The notes below the pieces were generated by a model. The model was not told the origin of the DNA. It saw only the letters and a list, made by a program, of their open reading frames with translations, and ran no database searches. A stretch of DNA of 61,630 nucleotides, the filler included. It is 4 parts of 4 records of this genome, joined end to end, with 100 filler letters (N's around TTAATTAATTAA, not from the genome) between each part and the next. Parts side by side here need not be neighbours in the genome. Positions count along the whole stretch, not along the records: positions 1 to 18,582 come from SRR20825019_1474; positions 18,683 to 31,822 come from SRR20825019_1480; 2 more parts are not named here. One strand, 5' to 3'. The translations under genes were made by a program, and so were the position numbers. Each line of letters starts with the position of its first letter. The stretch's first letter is position 1. This document shows positions 10,280-20,343 of this stretch, one piece after another.

Positions 10280-11659
10280 ATGTACGCAATTTTAGACATA
10301 GAGACTACGGGTGGAAAGTACAATGAGGAAGGAATCACGGAAATTGCGATTTATAAATTTGATGGCCATAAAGTGGTGGATCAATTTTCCAGTTTAGTAA
10401 ATCCTGAAAAACCCATTCAACCTTTTGTAGTAAACCTTACGGGCATTAATAATGAAATGCTTCGGCAAGCACCAAAATTTTACGAAGTTGCCAAGAGAAT
10501 CATCGAAATTACGGATGATTGTATTCTTGTAGCGCATAACGCACTTTTTGACAATAGAATCCTAACTACAGAATTTGACCGTTTGGGTTATAATTTTGAA
10601 AAGGAAACGCTTTGCACGGTAGAATTAGCTAAAAAACTAATTCCAGATATGCCTTCGTATAGCTTAGGAAAGTTAGTTCGTGCATTAGGAATCCCGCTAA
10701 GTGACCGTCATCGGGCACAAGGTGATGCAAAAGCTACAGTGGCTTTATTTAAAATGCTTTTAGCAAAAGATACTTCAAAAGCAATAATAACAGAGACGCT
10801 TCGTAAAGACCCAAAGCGGCAATTAGAGCCAAAATTACTTGATATAATTCAAAATGCTCCTTCAGAAACTGGGGTGTATTATATGCACAATGAGGCTGGA
10901 AATATAATTTATATTGGTAAAAGCAAGAATATCAAAAAAAGGGTAACGCAACATTTTACAAGTGATAACCGAAAATCAAAAAAAATCCAGCTGGAAGTTA
11001 AATCGGTTACGTATGAAAAAACTGGAAGTGAATTAATTGCGCTTTTAAAGGAATCTGAAGAAATAAAACAGAACAAACCCATATTTAACAGAGCGCTTCG
11101 CCGCACTACGTATACGCATCAACTAACCTCTTTTATTGATAATAATGGATATATAAATTTAAAAATAGAAAAAGCAGACGATAGAAAAAAAGCAATCATT
11201 ACCTTTAGTAATTATCAACAAGCAAAATTATCGCTTTTCAAAATAACAGAGGAAAATCAACTTTGCCAGAAACTTACCGGACTTTATTCTACAAAAAAAT
11301 CATGTTTTAATTATTCGATAAAAGAATGTGCTGGCGCGTGCATTGAAAAGGAAACGCCTAAAGAGTACAATAATAGAGTTACTGCTTTTTTAGAAAAGCG
11401 AAGTTATGAAAACCAAAACATGCTAATTATTGATAGAGGTCGTGAAATTGAGGAGCATTCTGTTATTTTAATAGAAAATGGGGTTTATAAAGGATTTGGG
11501 TTTTATAACTTAAATTATCAAATAAATAATCCTGAAATCCTAAAGGCTATCATCAACCCGATGAGTAACAATAGAGATGCCCAACACATAATTCAAAATT
11601 ATCTTAGAAAAAACAAAGTTCTAAAAACGGTAAACCTTTCAACCAACACCAATAATTGA
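10280..11659 (+). CDS. DEDDh (DnaQ-like) exonuclease fused to GIY-YIG (UvrC/Cho-like) domain
   Basis: DIETTG, AHNA.FD, HRA.GDA; then GVYYM..IIYIGKSKNIKKRV..HF. Confidence 0.9.
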   Translation: MYAILDIETTGGKYNEEGITEIAIYKFDGHKVVDQFSSLVNPEKPIQPFVVNLTGINNEMLRQAPKFYEVAKRIIEITDDCILVAHNALFDNRILTTEFDRLGYNFEKETLCTVELAKKLIPDMPSYSLGKLVRALGIPLSDRHRAQGDAKATVALFKMLLAKDTSKAIITETLRKDPKRQLEPKLLDIIQNAPSETGVYYMHNEAGNIIYIGKSKNIKKRVTQHFTSDNRKSKKIQLEVKSVTYEKTGSELIALLKESEEIKQNKPIFNRALRRTTYTHQLTSFIDNNGYINLKIEKADDRKKAIITFSNYQQAKLSLFKITEENQLCQKLTGLYSTKKSCFNYSIKECAGACIEKETPKEYNNRVTAFLEKRSYENQNMLIIDRGREIEEHSVILIENGVYKGFGFYNLNYQINNPEILKAIINPMSNNRDAQHIIQNYLRKNKVLKTVNLSTNTNN

Positions 11660-11696
11660 TTAAAGTTGTTTATTTTAGACTTTTAAATCCTTAAAC

Positions 11697-12563
11697 TTGA
11701 AACCATCCAATAAAAAATCCTGGCGTTATAAGCTACATGAAATTATCTATGAAGCAGATACCCCAATGGGGAAGCTTTTTGACGTTGTATTGCTGTTCTT
11801 GATACTATTAAGCGTAGTGCTTGTTATGCTGGAGAGCATAAAAGGAGTTGACGTAAAGTATCATTACTTTTTAAATATAAGTGAATGGATCATCACCATT
11901 TTCTTCACTATAGAATATATTGCACGAATAATTACCGTAAAAAAACCAAGAGCTTATATATTTAGTTTTTACGGTATCATTGATTTTTTATCAACCATAC
12001 CTCTTTATTTATCGATGATTTTGGCTGGAAGTCATTATCTTTTGGCAGTAAGAGCATTACGTTTGCTTAGAGTTTTCAGGATTTTAAAAATTACGCGTTA
12101 TGTTGGAGAATCAAACAAACTTGTTAAAGCTTTAAAAGATAGCCGGGCAAAAATTTTGGTTTTTCTATTTGCAGTTTTAATCATTTCAATTATTGCAGGG
12201 ACACTAATGTACCTAATTGAAGGGGAAGCAAGTGGTTTTGTTAGCATTCCTGTAAGTGTTTATTGGTGTATAGTAACTCTTACAACTGTTGGTTTTGGGG
12301 ATATTGCTCCCATCACGCCACTAGGTCAATTTCTTGCTGCACTTATTATGATTATGGGTTATGGCATTATTGCGGTTCCTACAGGTATTGTAAGTGCTGA
12401 ATACACTAAAACCATGGGAAAACAAGACATTTTAGGAAAAGATTACGTGCATGTAAATACCCAAGCATGTAGAAACTGTGGCTCACCAAAGCATAGAGAT
12501 GATGCAAATTTTTGTCATAAATGTGGTGAAGATCTTCATCCAGATGAAAACCCACTTATTTGA
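11697..12563 (+). CDS. Voltage-gated-type potassium channel / ion transporter with C-terminal zinc ribbon
   Basis: S4-like RALRLLRVFRILK, filter TTVGFGD, CxxC..CxxC tail. Confidence 0.9.
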   Translation: MKPSNKKSWRYKLHEIIYEADTPMGKLFDVVLLFLILLSVVLVMLESIKGVDVKYHYFLNISEWIITIFFTIEYIARIITVKKPRAYIFSFYGIIDFLSTIPLYLSMILAGSHYLLAVRALRLLRVFRILKITRYVGESNKLVKALKDSRAKILVFLFAVLIISIIAGTLMYLIEGEASGFVSIPVSVYWCIVTLTTVGFGDIAPITPLGQFLAALIMIMGYGIIAVPTGIVSAEYTKTMGKQDILGKDYVHVNTQACRNCGSPKHRDDANFCHKCGEDLHPDENPLI

Positions 12564-13483
12564 TGCCTTTAAATATCAAACCCACTCTAATTTGTATAGT
12601 TGGACCTACCGCAATTGGTAAAACTGCATTATCAATTAAACTAGCCAAAGCTTTTTCTACGGAAATAATTTCGGCAGATTCAAGACAATTTTTTAAAGAA
12701 ATGACCATTGGAACCGCAGTCCCTTCTTCGGAAGAACTAGCTGAAGCTCCGCATCATTTTATTCAAAATATTAGCATTTTTGAAGCGTATTCTGTTGGAG
12801 ATTTTGAAAGAGACGCCACCCAATTTTTAAAGCATTTTTTCAATAAAAACCCTGTAGCAATTATGGTTGGTGGTTCAGGGCTATACATTGATGCTGTTGT
12901 AAAAGGCTTAGATAAATTTCCAGAAACAACTTCTGAAACAAGACTGCTTTTGAATAAAGACCTAAATGAAAAAGGTATTGAATTTCTTCAAAACGAGCTA
13001 AAAACAGCAGATCCTAACTATTTTGAAAAAGTTGATGTTTATAATCCGCATAGAGTTATTCGTGCTTTAGAGATTTATCGTGAAACAGGTAAGCCCTACT
13101 CTTCATTTCTACAACAAGAAAAAGCAGTAAGAGATTTTGAAACTATCTTCATTGGTCTCACCGCAGAAAGAAAATTAATCTATGAACGCATAAACCAACG
13201 TGTAGATGCAATGATTAATGATGGTTTGATTGAAGAAGCAAAATCTTTATATCCTCATAAAGAAAAAAATGCGTTACAAACTGTAGGCTATCGTGAATTG
13301 TTTGAATATTTTGATGGAAATCTTACTCAAGAAGAAGCCATTTCTGAAATCAAAAAAAATACGCGAAGGTTTGCCAAAAGACAAAACACTTGGTTTAAAA
13401 AAAATGAAGCAATACATTGGTTTGATTACAAAACAGATGCCGGGACAATATTCAATTTTATAAAAGAAAAAAACGCCCTTTAG
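12563..13483 (+). CDS. miaA: tRNA dimethylallyltransferase
   Basis: GPTAIGKT, SADSRQ, VGGSGLY, TRRFAKRQ.TWF. Confidence 0.97.
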   Translation: MPLNIKPTLICIVGPTAIGKTALSIKLAKAFSTEIISADSRQFFKEMTIGTAVPSSEELAEAPHHFIQNISIFEAYSVGDFERDATQFLKHFFNKNPVAIMVGGSGLYIDAVVKGLDKFPETTSETRLLLNKDLNEKGIEFLQNELKTADPNYFEKVDVYNPHRVIRALEIYRETGKPYSSFLQQEKAVRDFETIFIGLTAERKLIYERINQRVDAMINDGLIEEAKSLYPHKEKNALQTVGYRELFEYFDGNLTQEEAISEIKKNTRRFAKRQNTWFKKNEAIHWFDYKTDAGTIFNFIKEKNAL

Positions 13484-13495
13484 AGGCGTTTTTTT
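13467..13495. terminator. Bidirectional intrinsic terminator
   Basis: AAAAAAACGCC-loop-GGCGTTTTTTT between convergent genes. Confidence 0.8.
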
Positions 13496-13520
13496 ACACA
13501 TATCTTAATTTTGATAAAAA

Positions 13521-14237
13521 TTAATTATCAACTTCATCTTTCACTACCAAACGGAAGCCTTCTCCGTGAATATTGATTATTTCAACACCATCATCCTTAC
13601 TTAAGTATTTACGAAGTTTTGCTATATAAACATCCATACTTCTAGAAGTAAAATAATTGTCGTCTCTCCAAATTTTGGTAAGTGCCAATTCACGTGGCAT
13701 CAGGTCATTTTTATGAAGCGCTAAAAGACGTAACAATTCGTTTTCTTTTGGAGAAAGTTTTATTGGAGTCTCTTTGTTATAGGTTAAGAAGCGCAATTTA
13801 GAATTCAAATGAAAATTACCAACTTGAAATTCAAATTGTTTACTATCTGCAATTGAATCTGTAGCTTTACGTTGAATAATAGCTTTAATTTTCATTAAAA
13901 GCACTTCACTATCAAAGGGTTTATTCAAGTAATCATCAGCACCAACTTTATAGCCTTTAAGCACATCTTCTTTCATTGCTTTGGCAGTTAAGAAAATAAT
14001 TGGCACATCTTCATTTTTTTCTCTAATCTCTTTGGCCAATGTAAAACCGTCTTTATATGGCATCATTACATCGAGGATACAAAGATCAAAATCATCTTTT
14101 TTAAATTTTTCAAAACCTTCCATTCCATTTTTCGCGTGAGTCACGTTATAATCGTTCATGGCTAGGTAATCTTTTAATACTGTTCCGAAATTCGGATCGT
14201 CTTCAACAAGAAGGATTTTTTTGTTTTCTGTTTCCAT
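13521..14237 (-). CDS. OmpR-family response regulator (RprY-like)
   Basis: LLVEDD, LDVMMP, GADDY..KPF, winged-helix C-terminus. Confidence 0.93.
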   Translation of the reverse strand: METENKKILLVEDDPNFGTVLKDYLAMNDYNVTHAKNGMEGFEKFKKDDFDLCILDVMMPYKDGFTLAKEIREKNEDVPIIFLTAKAMKEDVLKGYKVGADDYLNKPFDSEVLLMKIKAIIQRKATDSIADSKQFEFQVGNFHLNSKLRFLTYNKETPIKLSPKENELLRLLALHKNDLMPRELALTKIWRDDNYFTSRSMDVYIAKLRKYLSKDDGVEIINIHGEGFRLVVKDEVDN

Positions 14238-14242
14238 AATTT

Positions 14243-15802
14243 TTAAGATATTAAGTGTAATTTTAGTATAAAAGTACTGCCCTTTCCTTTTTCGCTTTCC
14301 ACGTATATTTGGGCGTCGTGGTCTGCTAAAATCTGCTTAACATAAGCCAATCCAAGTCCGTGACCTTTTACGTTGTGTATATCGCCGGTATGTTCTCGGT
14401 AAAACTTATCAAATATTTTTTTCTGAACAGGTTTGCTCATTCCAATTCCCTGATCGCGTATTTTTAAAATAACACTATTCTTTACGTTTTCTGAATAAAT
14501 ATCAATTTTCGGCTCGCCTTCAGTATATTTTACTGCATTGTCTAATAAGTTGACAATTACATTTCCAAGGTGTGACTCATTAGCTAAAACGGTCGACTTG
14601 AGAGCTCCAAAATGTGTGTTTATATAACCTCCTCTATCTTCAACAATTAAACTGACATGTGATATAGAATCTTCAACAATTTCATGCAAACTAACACGCT
14701 CTTTTGGTAAATCCAGCTCATTTTTTTCAAGTTTAGAGATTCTTAATACGTTTTCCACTTGGGCGTGCATACGTTTATTTTCATCTCTAATCATTCCCAA
14801 ATATCTCGTTAAAAACTCCTGGTTGTCTTTTACTTTTGGATTTTTCAAGGAGTCTAAAGCAAGATTGATAGTTGCTATTGGTGTTTTAAATTCGTGAGTC
14901 ATATTGTTTATGAAATCACTCTTAATTTGTGAAATTTGACGTTGTTTGTATATTTGTGAAATAGCACTAGAATATGCAAGGATAATAACACTTGTAAAAA
15001 CCAACGAAAGTATTGCCATTCCTAAGATACTGTTTAATACAAATTTTTCTTTTTCTGAAAAATTTACATGAAGCTCATACCCAATTTCATTTTCATTTCC
15101 AAAAAGAGGAACCATATAGGTACTTTCAGCATTGTATTTAAATTTCTTGGAACGAACTTTCGTTTCCATATTATTACTATAAATAGCGAATTCGAATTTT
15201 GAATTTAACCCTCTTTCTTTAATTTCTCTAGCTATCAAATCAGAAATTTCAGAAGCACTTACTCTTTTATATATTGGTGTAAGGGCTGTTATGTTACTTA
15301 CAAAACTTTCAAACTGATTTTGCTCATAATCTTTCATTCTAGAAAAAGACTCTACTCTAGTTTCTGTTGTGGTTATTCCATCAATGCCTTCAGATACTTT
15401 TGTTTTGGTTTTTCTATTTGTTAGTTTTTTAAACTGAATACTATCATTCTCCGTATCAAAAAGGCCAGCAGATAATTTATAATCTTGTTCTAAAATACCA
15501 TCTGTAAAGAAATACGTTTCGTTTGTAGCTTTATTTTGAATTCTATAGGCCAACTCCGTAAAACTCACATTATCTGGCACTTGAATGCTATCTACATAAG
15601 GAACGTAAAGTTGGTAGTATTTATTTATTTCACGCAACTTAATCTCCTTTGAAACGGATAAAAGCACCTGTTTTGCGTTAATAGTAAATTGATCTGCCTT
15701 GGTTCTGTATGCGTTTGAAATCCAGTACCCCTGAACAAATACTATTCCCAATAATGAGAGGCTCATGAGCGCTATAAGCAATACGAAAAGCTTTTTGTTC
15801 AT
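14243..15802 (-). CDS. Sensor histidine kinase (RprX-like)
   Basis: Two TM segments, NMTHEFKTP H-box, NLLDNAVKY, DQGIG, GHGLGL. Confidence 0.95.
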   Translation of the reverse strand: MNKKLFVLLIALMSLSLLGIVFVQGYWISNAYRTKADQFTINAKQVLLSVSKEIKLREINKYYQLYVPYVDSIQVPDNVSFTELAYRIQNKATNETYFFTDGILEQDYKLSAGLFDTENDSIQFKKLTNRKTKTKVSEGIDGITTTETRVESFSRMKDYEQNQFESFVSNITALTPIYKRVSASEISDLIAREIKERGLNSKFEFAIYSNNMETKVRSKKFKYNAESTYMVPLFGNENEIGYELHVNFSEKEKFVLNSILGMAILSLVFTSVIILAYSSAISQIYKQRQISQIKSDFINNMTHEFKTPIATINLALDSLKNPKVKDNQEFLTRYLGMIRDENKRMHAQVENVLRISKLEKNELDLPKERVSLHEIVEDSISHVSLIVEDRGGYINTHFGALKSTVLANESHLGNVIVNLLDNAVKYTEGEPKIDIYSENVKNSVILKIRDQGIGMSKPVQKKIFDKFYREHTGDIHNVKGHGLGLAYVKQILADHDAQIYVESEKGKGSTFILKLHLIS

Positions 15803-15806
15803 ACCT

Positions 15807-15814
15807 CAAAAGTA
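15807..15814 (-). promoter_or_regulatory. Bacteroidetes -7 element (TACTTTTG) for the two-component operon
   Basis: TAnnTTTG 4 nt before the kinase ATG. Confidence 0.55.
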
Positions 15815-15874
15815 ATATTTTAACATTTAGCTACTCGTTCATTTAACCAAATGTTAACAAACAAATACCTACAT

Positions 15875-16462
15875 TTAATTAGCTTCAATTTTAAGGGTAC
15901 GATCAATAAACTTAACCGTAGCTCTGGTTTCATCTAAATCTACGTTTTCAATAACCAAATCTGCTAATTTGCGCTTTTCCGCATCAGGCCATTGATTGTT
16001 CATCCGTGCTTCAATTTCTTTTTCCGAAGTTTTATCTCTTGCTGTAACGCGAGCAAGACGAACATCTTTAGGAGCTGTAACCAATAGCACCATATCACAA
16101 TTTTTATAACTACCATTTTCGAAGAGTATGGCAGCTTCTTTAATAACATATTTACTTTTTTGCTTCGAAGCCCACTTCTTAAAATGTGCAGCAACTCTTG
16201 GGTGAATAATAGCATTTACAGCCTCTAAAAGTGCTTTATCATTGAATATTTTTGAAGCTATAAACTTTCTATTTATCACATTTTCCACATAAGTTTCTTC
16301 ACCTAGAAGTGTAATTAATTCATTGCGAATTTCGGTTGAAGAGGCCATTAGTTTTTTAGCTTCTTCATCAGCAATATAAACCGGCACTCCCAACTGAGAA
16401 AACATTTTAGCAACAGTAGTTTTTCCACTACCAATTCCTCCTGTAAGTCCAATTATTTTCAC
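15875..16462 (-). CDS. coaE: Dephospho-CoA kinase
   Basis: IGLTGGIGSGKTT, IIHP.V, EAAILFE. Confidence 0.96.
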   Translation of the reverse strand: MKIIGLTGGIGSGKTTVAKMFSQLGVPVYIADEEAKKLMASSTEIRNELITLLGEETYVENVINRKFIASKIFNDKALLEAVNAIIHPRVAAHFKKWASKQKSKYVIKEAAILFENGSYKNCDMVLLVTAPKDVRLARVTARDKTSEKEIEARMNNQWPDAEKRKLADLVIENVDLDETRATVKFIDRTLKIEAN

Positions 16463-16489
16463 ACTAATTTTTTATTGAAGATTGAATTA

Positions 16490-17443
16490 TTATTTGAATA
16501 TAAAGAAATCAATTTTTTTAGGTTCAAAAACCACATTTCTGATGTGTTCGGGTTTCTTTTCTAATAACGGAAGCATAAAATTATCTTCTTGATTTCTTTG
16601 TGAATAATCACAAACCAATCTAAAGCTTTCGCTTGAAATTTCTGTGAAGTCTTTTACAGAAACATCAAAAGAAATAGAAACAGACTGCGGCACCAGTTTA
16701 ATGTCAATATTTGGCGGTAAGTTTATAACCTCAACCGGTAAAATAAATTGTTCTTGTGAAAACTCCGCCACAGTCAAATGTACGGCCACTTTTTTTGGGG
16801 CTACAGAAACAATTCCGTTACCAACGTTCGAAACATTTATTTCTTTAGAAATATTTTTCTCAACATTTCTAAAGGAAATAAGTTCAGTTTCAATAGTTGT
16901 AATGTTTTTTAAGCTTCCCGAGGGCCCTGAAATTAATACTGAATCAGGTTTTATTTGTATACTGTCTTCAGGCTTAAATCCGTCTTTAAATGTAATATCG
17001 GTTTTTGCAATTACACGCACTTTTTTTAACACAATTGGGTCTAACTTTACATTCAATTCATCAATTGAAAGATTTTTTATAGCCAGGTTTCTATTAAAAC
17101 TAGAGGAAACTAAACGCATTAATTCGTTTTTGCTAATTGTAAAGCCACCTTTTTCTTCAGTATAATATTGACTCACCTCTAAAGAAACTTTTGGTTTTTT
17201 AAATTTATAAAAAAGTATTTCAAACCCATTTGCGGTAAGATCAAATGTAATTTCATTTTCGTTATTTATGGAAAGGGCTGCAGATTCAGGAATATTTTCA
17301 TATTCAATTTTTGCTACCATGGTAGCGGTAAATTCCCTACTAAATTTAGTTAAAACCCAAAATATAGTAGCCAAAAACAGGAAAAGTAAAAATCGTTTTA
17401 CTTTTGTATTTTTAATATTTTTGAAAAAGTCCTTCTTCATCAT
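16490..17443 (-). CDS. YbbR/CdaR-like membrane-anchored protein
   Basis: N-terminal TM helix then repeated beta domains (PDSV.ISGP); position next to coaE. Confidence 0.75.
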   Translation of the reverse strand: MMKKDFFKNIKNTKVKRFLLFLFLATIFWVLTKFSREFTATMVAKIEYENIPESAALSINNENEITFDLTANGFEILFYKFKKPKVSLEVSQYYTEEKGGFTISKNELMRLVSSSFNRNLAIKNLSIDELNVKLDPIVLKKVRVIAKTDITFKDGFKPEDSIQIKPDSVLISGPSGSLKNITTIETELISFRNVEKNISKEINVSNVGNGIVSVAPKKVAVHLTVAEFSQEQFILPVEVINLPPNIDIKLVPQSVSISFDVSVKDFTEISSESFRLVCDYSQRNQEDNFMLPLLEKKPEHIRNVVFEPKKIDFFIFK

Positions 17444-17465
17444 TTTTGTTTGAAAGTCAATAAAA

Positions 17466-18467
17466 TTAACTAAAAAATAAGGAGGGAAATTGTTTCTGTG
17501 GATCTTTCTTTAAAAGAGCGATATAATAACTAGATTTTAGAAAAGCCAGACCGTAACCAAAAAACTGTACAAAAACCGCCGCTATTGAAAGCAATCCAAT
17601 ATAAACACTTTTGTTTTTAATAGTAGCGTCTACAAACACCAACCCTAAATAAAACAAAAGCGGCACCAACGCCATGGGAGTTAGTAGAAAATAGAAAAAA
17701 ATAGATGTTAAAGTAAAAAAAACAAATAGTGTTGGAAACCAATAGGTTATTTTTGAAGATGTAGGATGCCATTTGTTTAAAATTGGTCTAACAAGACCAA
17801 ATTTTTTAACTTGAATGTAAAATTTTTCCCATGAAATTCGTCTTTTATGATACACAAAAGCATTTGGTAAAAAAGTTGTTTTATATCCTTCTTTTAAAAT
17901 TCGTTGTGAAAGATCAGGGTCTTCCCCGGGGTGGATTTTAGCAAAGCCTGAAGTTTTTTCAAATACTTCTTTTGAAATACCCATATTAAAACTTCTGGGC
18001 TCAAACCGATTTATGCTATTTTTATTTCCTCGAATTCCACCGGTAGTAAAAAATGAGGTCATAGTATAGTTAATGGCTTTTTGCAAAGGCGTAAAACTAG
18101 CATGAGCGGCGTCTGCACCGCCAAAACAGTGATAAAATGTATTTCTTAAAAATGAATTTACTGTTTTTAAATAATGTGTTGGTAGTATACAATCTGAATC
18201 CAGAATTATAAAATAATCTCCTTTTGCACGTTTCATTCCATAATTACGTGAATCTCCAGGGCCTGAATTTTCTTTAAAATAATATGATATTGAAAGTCTA
18301 TTACTATATTCATTGACTATCGTTTCAGATTTTATAGTAGAACCATCTTCTACCAATACTATTTCAAAATCTTCATCAAATTCAAGATTTGTAAAACTAT
18401 CTAAAAGCTCTCTAACTTCCAGAGGACGGTTGTATACTGGAATTACAAAGGAAAAGTTGATTTTCAT
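17466..18467 (-). CDS. Glycosyltransferase family 2
   Basis: FVIPVYNRP, VEDGS, GPG.SRN.G, LDSD, GEDPDL, C-terminal TMs. Confidence 0.93.
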   Translation of the reverse strand: MKINFSFVIPVYNRPLEVRELLDSFTNLEFDEDFEIVLVEDGSTIKSETIVNEYSNRLSISYYFKENSGPGDSRNYGMKRAKGDYFIILDSDCILPTHYLKTVNSFLRNTFYHCFGGADAAHASFTPLQKAINYTMTSFFTTGGIRGNKNSINRFEPRSFNMGISKEVFEKTSGFAKIHPGEDPDLSQRILKEGYKTTFLPNAFVYHKRRISWEKFYIQVKKFGLVRPILNKWHPTSSKITYWFPTLFVFFTLTSIFFYFLLTPMALVPLLFYLGLVFVDATIKNKSVYIGLLSIAAVFVQFFGYGLAFLKSSYYIALLKKDPQKQFPSLFFS

Positions 18468-18486
18468 AATGCAAAGTTAGTTAAAT

Positions 18487-18519
18487 AAAAAAAGCCATCC
18501 ACTTTCGCGGATGGCTTTT
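18487..18519 (-). terminator. Intrinsic terminator
   Basis: AAAAGCCATCC-loop-GGATGGCTTTT stem with A/T tracts, downstream of the 18538 stop. Confidence 0.8.
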
Positions 18520-18537
18520 CGGCTTCAACTAAAATAA

Positions 18538-18582
18538 TTAATTCTTCAATATTTTAAAAGTACCAGTCTGACCATCTACAGT
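18538..18582 (-). CDS. 3' end of a probable T9SS type-A CTD protein (truncated)
   Basis: Minus strand reads TVDGQTGTFKILKN*, typical T9SS sorting-signal ending. Confidence 0.6.
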   Translation of the reverse strand, partial: TVDGQTGTFKILKN

Positions 18583-18682
18583 NNNNNNNNNNNNNNNNNN
18601 NNNNNNNNNNNNNNNNNNNNNNNNNNTTAATTAATTAANNNNNNNNNNNNNNNNNNNNNNNNNNNNNNNNNNNNNNNNNNNN
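18583..18682. other. Artificial contig linker
   Basis: N-run flanking TTAATTAATTAA (stops in all six frames). Confidence 0.99.
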
Positions 18683-19362
18683 CGTGTACTAGGACCGTTA
18701 GGACACCCCCTATCCGAGAGTCCATTCTAGACCCGGAACTAGGGAGCAGTCTCGCATACCGTTTCAAGATCACAGTCATCAGTTGACTTCGTATGGGCCC
18801 GGCCACCACGGTCCGATCGGAGCTTATTCACCTGGATCGTTGGATTGTCACGTGAGCCCGGGGATATTCTCTAATCAATCTCCCTATAGACTCGGAGCTT
18901 TTGGTGACATCTAATGGGGCCTAAGGGCATTCCAAGGTCTCCTTCGGTACTCATCCGACAGCCTGATCAAGCCCAGAATAGTCAGAATTTAAGACCACTG
19001 ACACTTCCACAGCGTCGCTTCGGACCAGTACGGTGACCCGCCGGGGGCTCGGCTGTCGTGCGTGCCCTCAGGGACTTCGCGGCTGATGGTCGCCAACTGA
19101 CTGGTGGCAGTCTTGTTACTGGTAGTGTGCCCTCTATTCTGTCCACTGAGCGAGCACTGGTGCTGGCAGAGCCATCCGCCTTGGTGCGCCTCGGCACTGC
19201 CAAACCGTGTCCAAGGACTGAACTTCGTTCGGGCCATAGTGTCATGCTTTCTAGCTGACCTTACACTCCTAGCCGGAGGCCGGGGACTTTGGCCGACAAA
19301 CATGCTTGCGAAACGGAACTTCATGGTTCCACCAAAGGCTTCTTCCGCGACAAGTGGCTCAG

Positions 19363-19375
19363 TATATAAATAAAA
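19363..19375 (+). promoter_or_regulatory. TATA-box-like element
   Basis: TATATAAATAAAA about 60 nt upstream of ATG 19435. Confidence 0.45.
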
Positions 19376-19434
19376 GTTTGCGCTCCACATTTGCAATGTT
19401 CAGACGACTTCTGAGTCAACAACAACAAACAAAT

Positions 19435-20343
19435 ATGTCCGAACAATACAATAACTTCAACAGTGATTTGTACCTGAGTAATGAACTGCCTAAGGATGGC
19501 CCAAAGCCTTACTCACGCTACAACCTTGTCAGAGGCATCGTCAACGTGGTCACCTTCGTGGTGCTTATTTTGATGAACTACGTTGCTGCGGCGTATGGTT
19601 TCTGGGGTGGAAAGACAAATGCTGAGATTGCCAATGAATACATGACTTACTTTACTCCTGCCGGATACGCCTTTTCAATCTGGGGCCTCATCTACACTAT
19701 GTGGGGCCTCTTTTCCGTATACACGGTTGTGTGCAACCGTGACTCCGCTGCTCATGAGGGCGTTGGGTGGCTTTTTGTGGCAATGTCTGCCGCCAACTCG
19801 CTTTGGTTGGTTGCATTTGCATTTGAAGTGTTCTGGCTGAGCACCATTCTTATGTTTACCTACTTTGGGTTGCTTATTGTAATGTATGTTCGCCTCAACC
19901 ACCTTGAGTCCAAGCATGGCCGCTTCTCTGTTCTTCAGCGTGTGTTCGTCAAGTTCACGGTTTCTCTCCAGATTGGTTGGATTAACGCCGCAAGCATTGC
20001 GCAGCTGTGCATTCAGGTGGTGTCATTCGACAAGTCATACATGGAGGAGTTTTGGGGTATCAGTGGGCAGACCTGGTCCGCAGGAACATCCTGCGCAGTG
20101 TATGTCATCGCTGTGATTGTTCTTGCTACCAACCGTGATATCACCTGGGCTATGGTGTTGGCTTGGGCTGTATTTGCTGTTGCGAAGCGCTTTGAGGATG
20201 TCCGCACCGTCGAGTTTGCCGCGCACTGTTCTGGAGCTGCCATTACTGCTAGCTGCATTATGGTCGCTCTTTTGTACTTCCGTAAGAACAAGGACTCAAG
20301 AGCCACCAGCCCCGTGAAGGAGCTCTGCACCCCTCTCGTCTAA
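19435..20343 (+). CDS. Multi-pass membrane protein, TspO-like / tryptophan-rich sensory protein family; intronless
   Basis: FTPAGYAFSIWGLIY motif, about 8 hydrophobic helices, A-rich context before ATG, AATAAA near 20408. Confidence 0.7.
   Translation: MSEQYNNFNSDLYLSNELPKDGPKPYSRYNLVRGIVNVVTFVVLILMNYVAAAYGFWGGKTNAEIANEYMTYFTPAGYAFSIWGLIYTMWGLFSVYTVVCNRDSAAHEGVGWLFVAMSAANSLWLVAFAFEVFWLSTILMFTYFGLLIVMYVRLNHLESKHGRFSVLQRVFVKFTVSLQIGWINAASIAQLCIQVVSFDKSYMEEFWGISGQTWSAGTSCAVYVIAVIVLATNRDITWAMVLAWAVFAVAKRFEDVRTVEFAAHCSGAAITASCIMVALLYFRKNKDSRATSPVKELCTPLV

Noticed and set aside
18583-18682. TTAATTAATTAA palindromes as biological sites, and ORFs crossing them
   Set aside because: Identical N-flanked linker occurs three times; assembly concatenation artefact
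18683-19300. Possible transposon end or ncRNA at the contig start
   Set aside because: No terminal repeat, recognisable RNA motif or credible ORF
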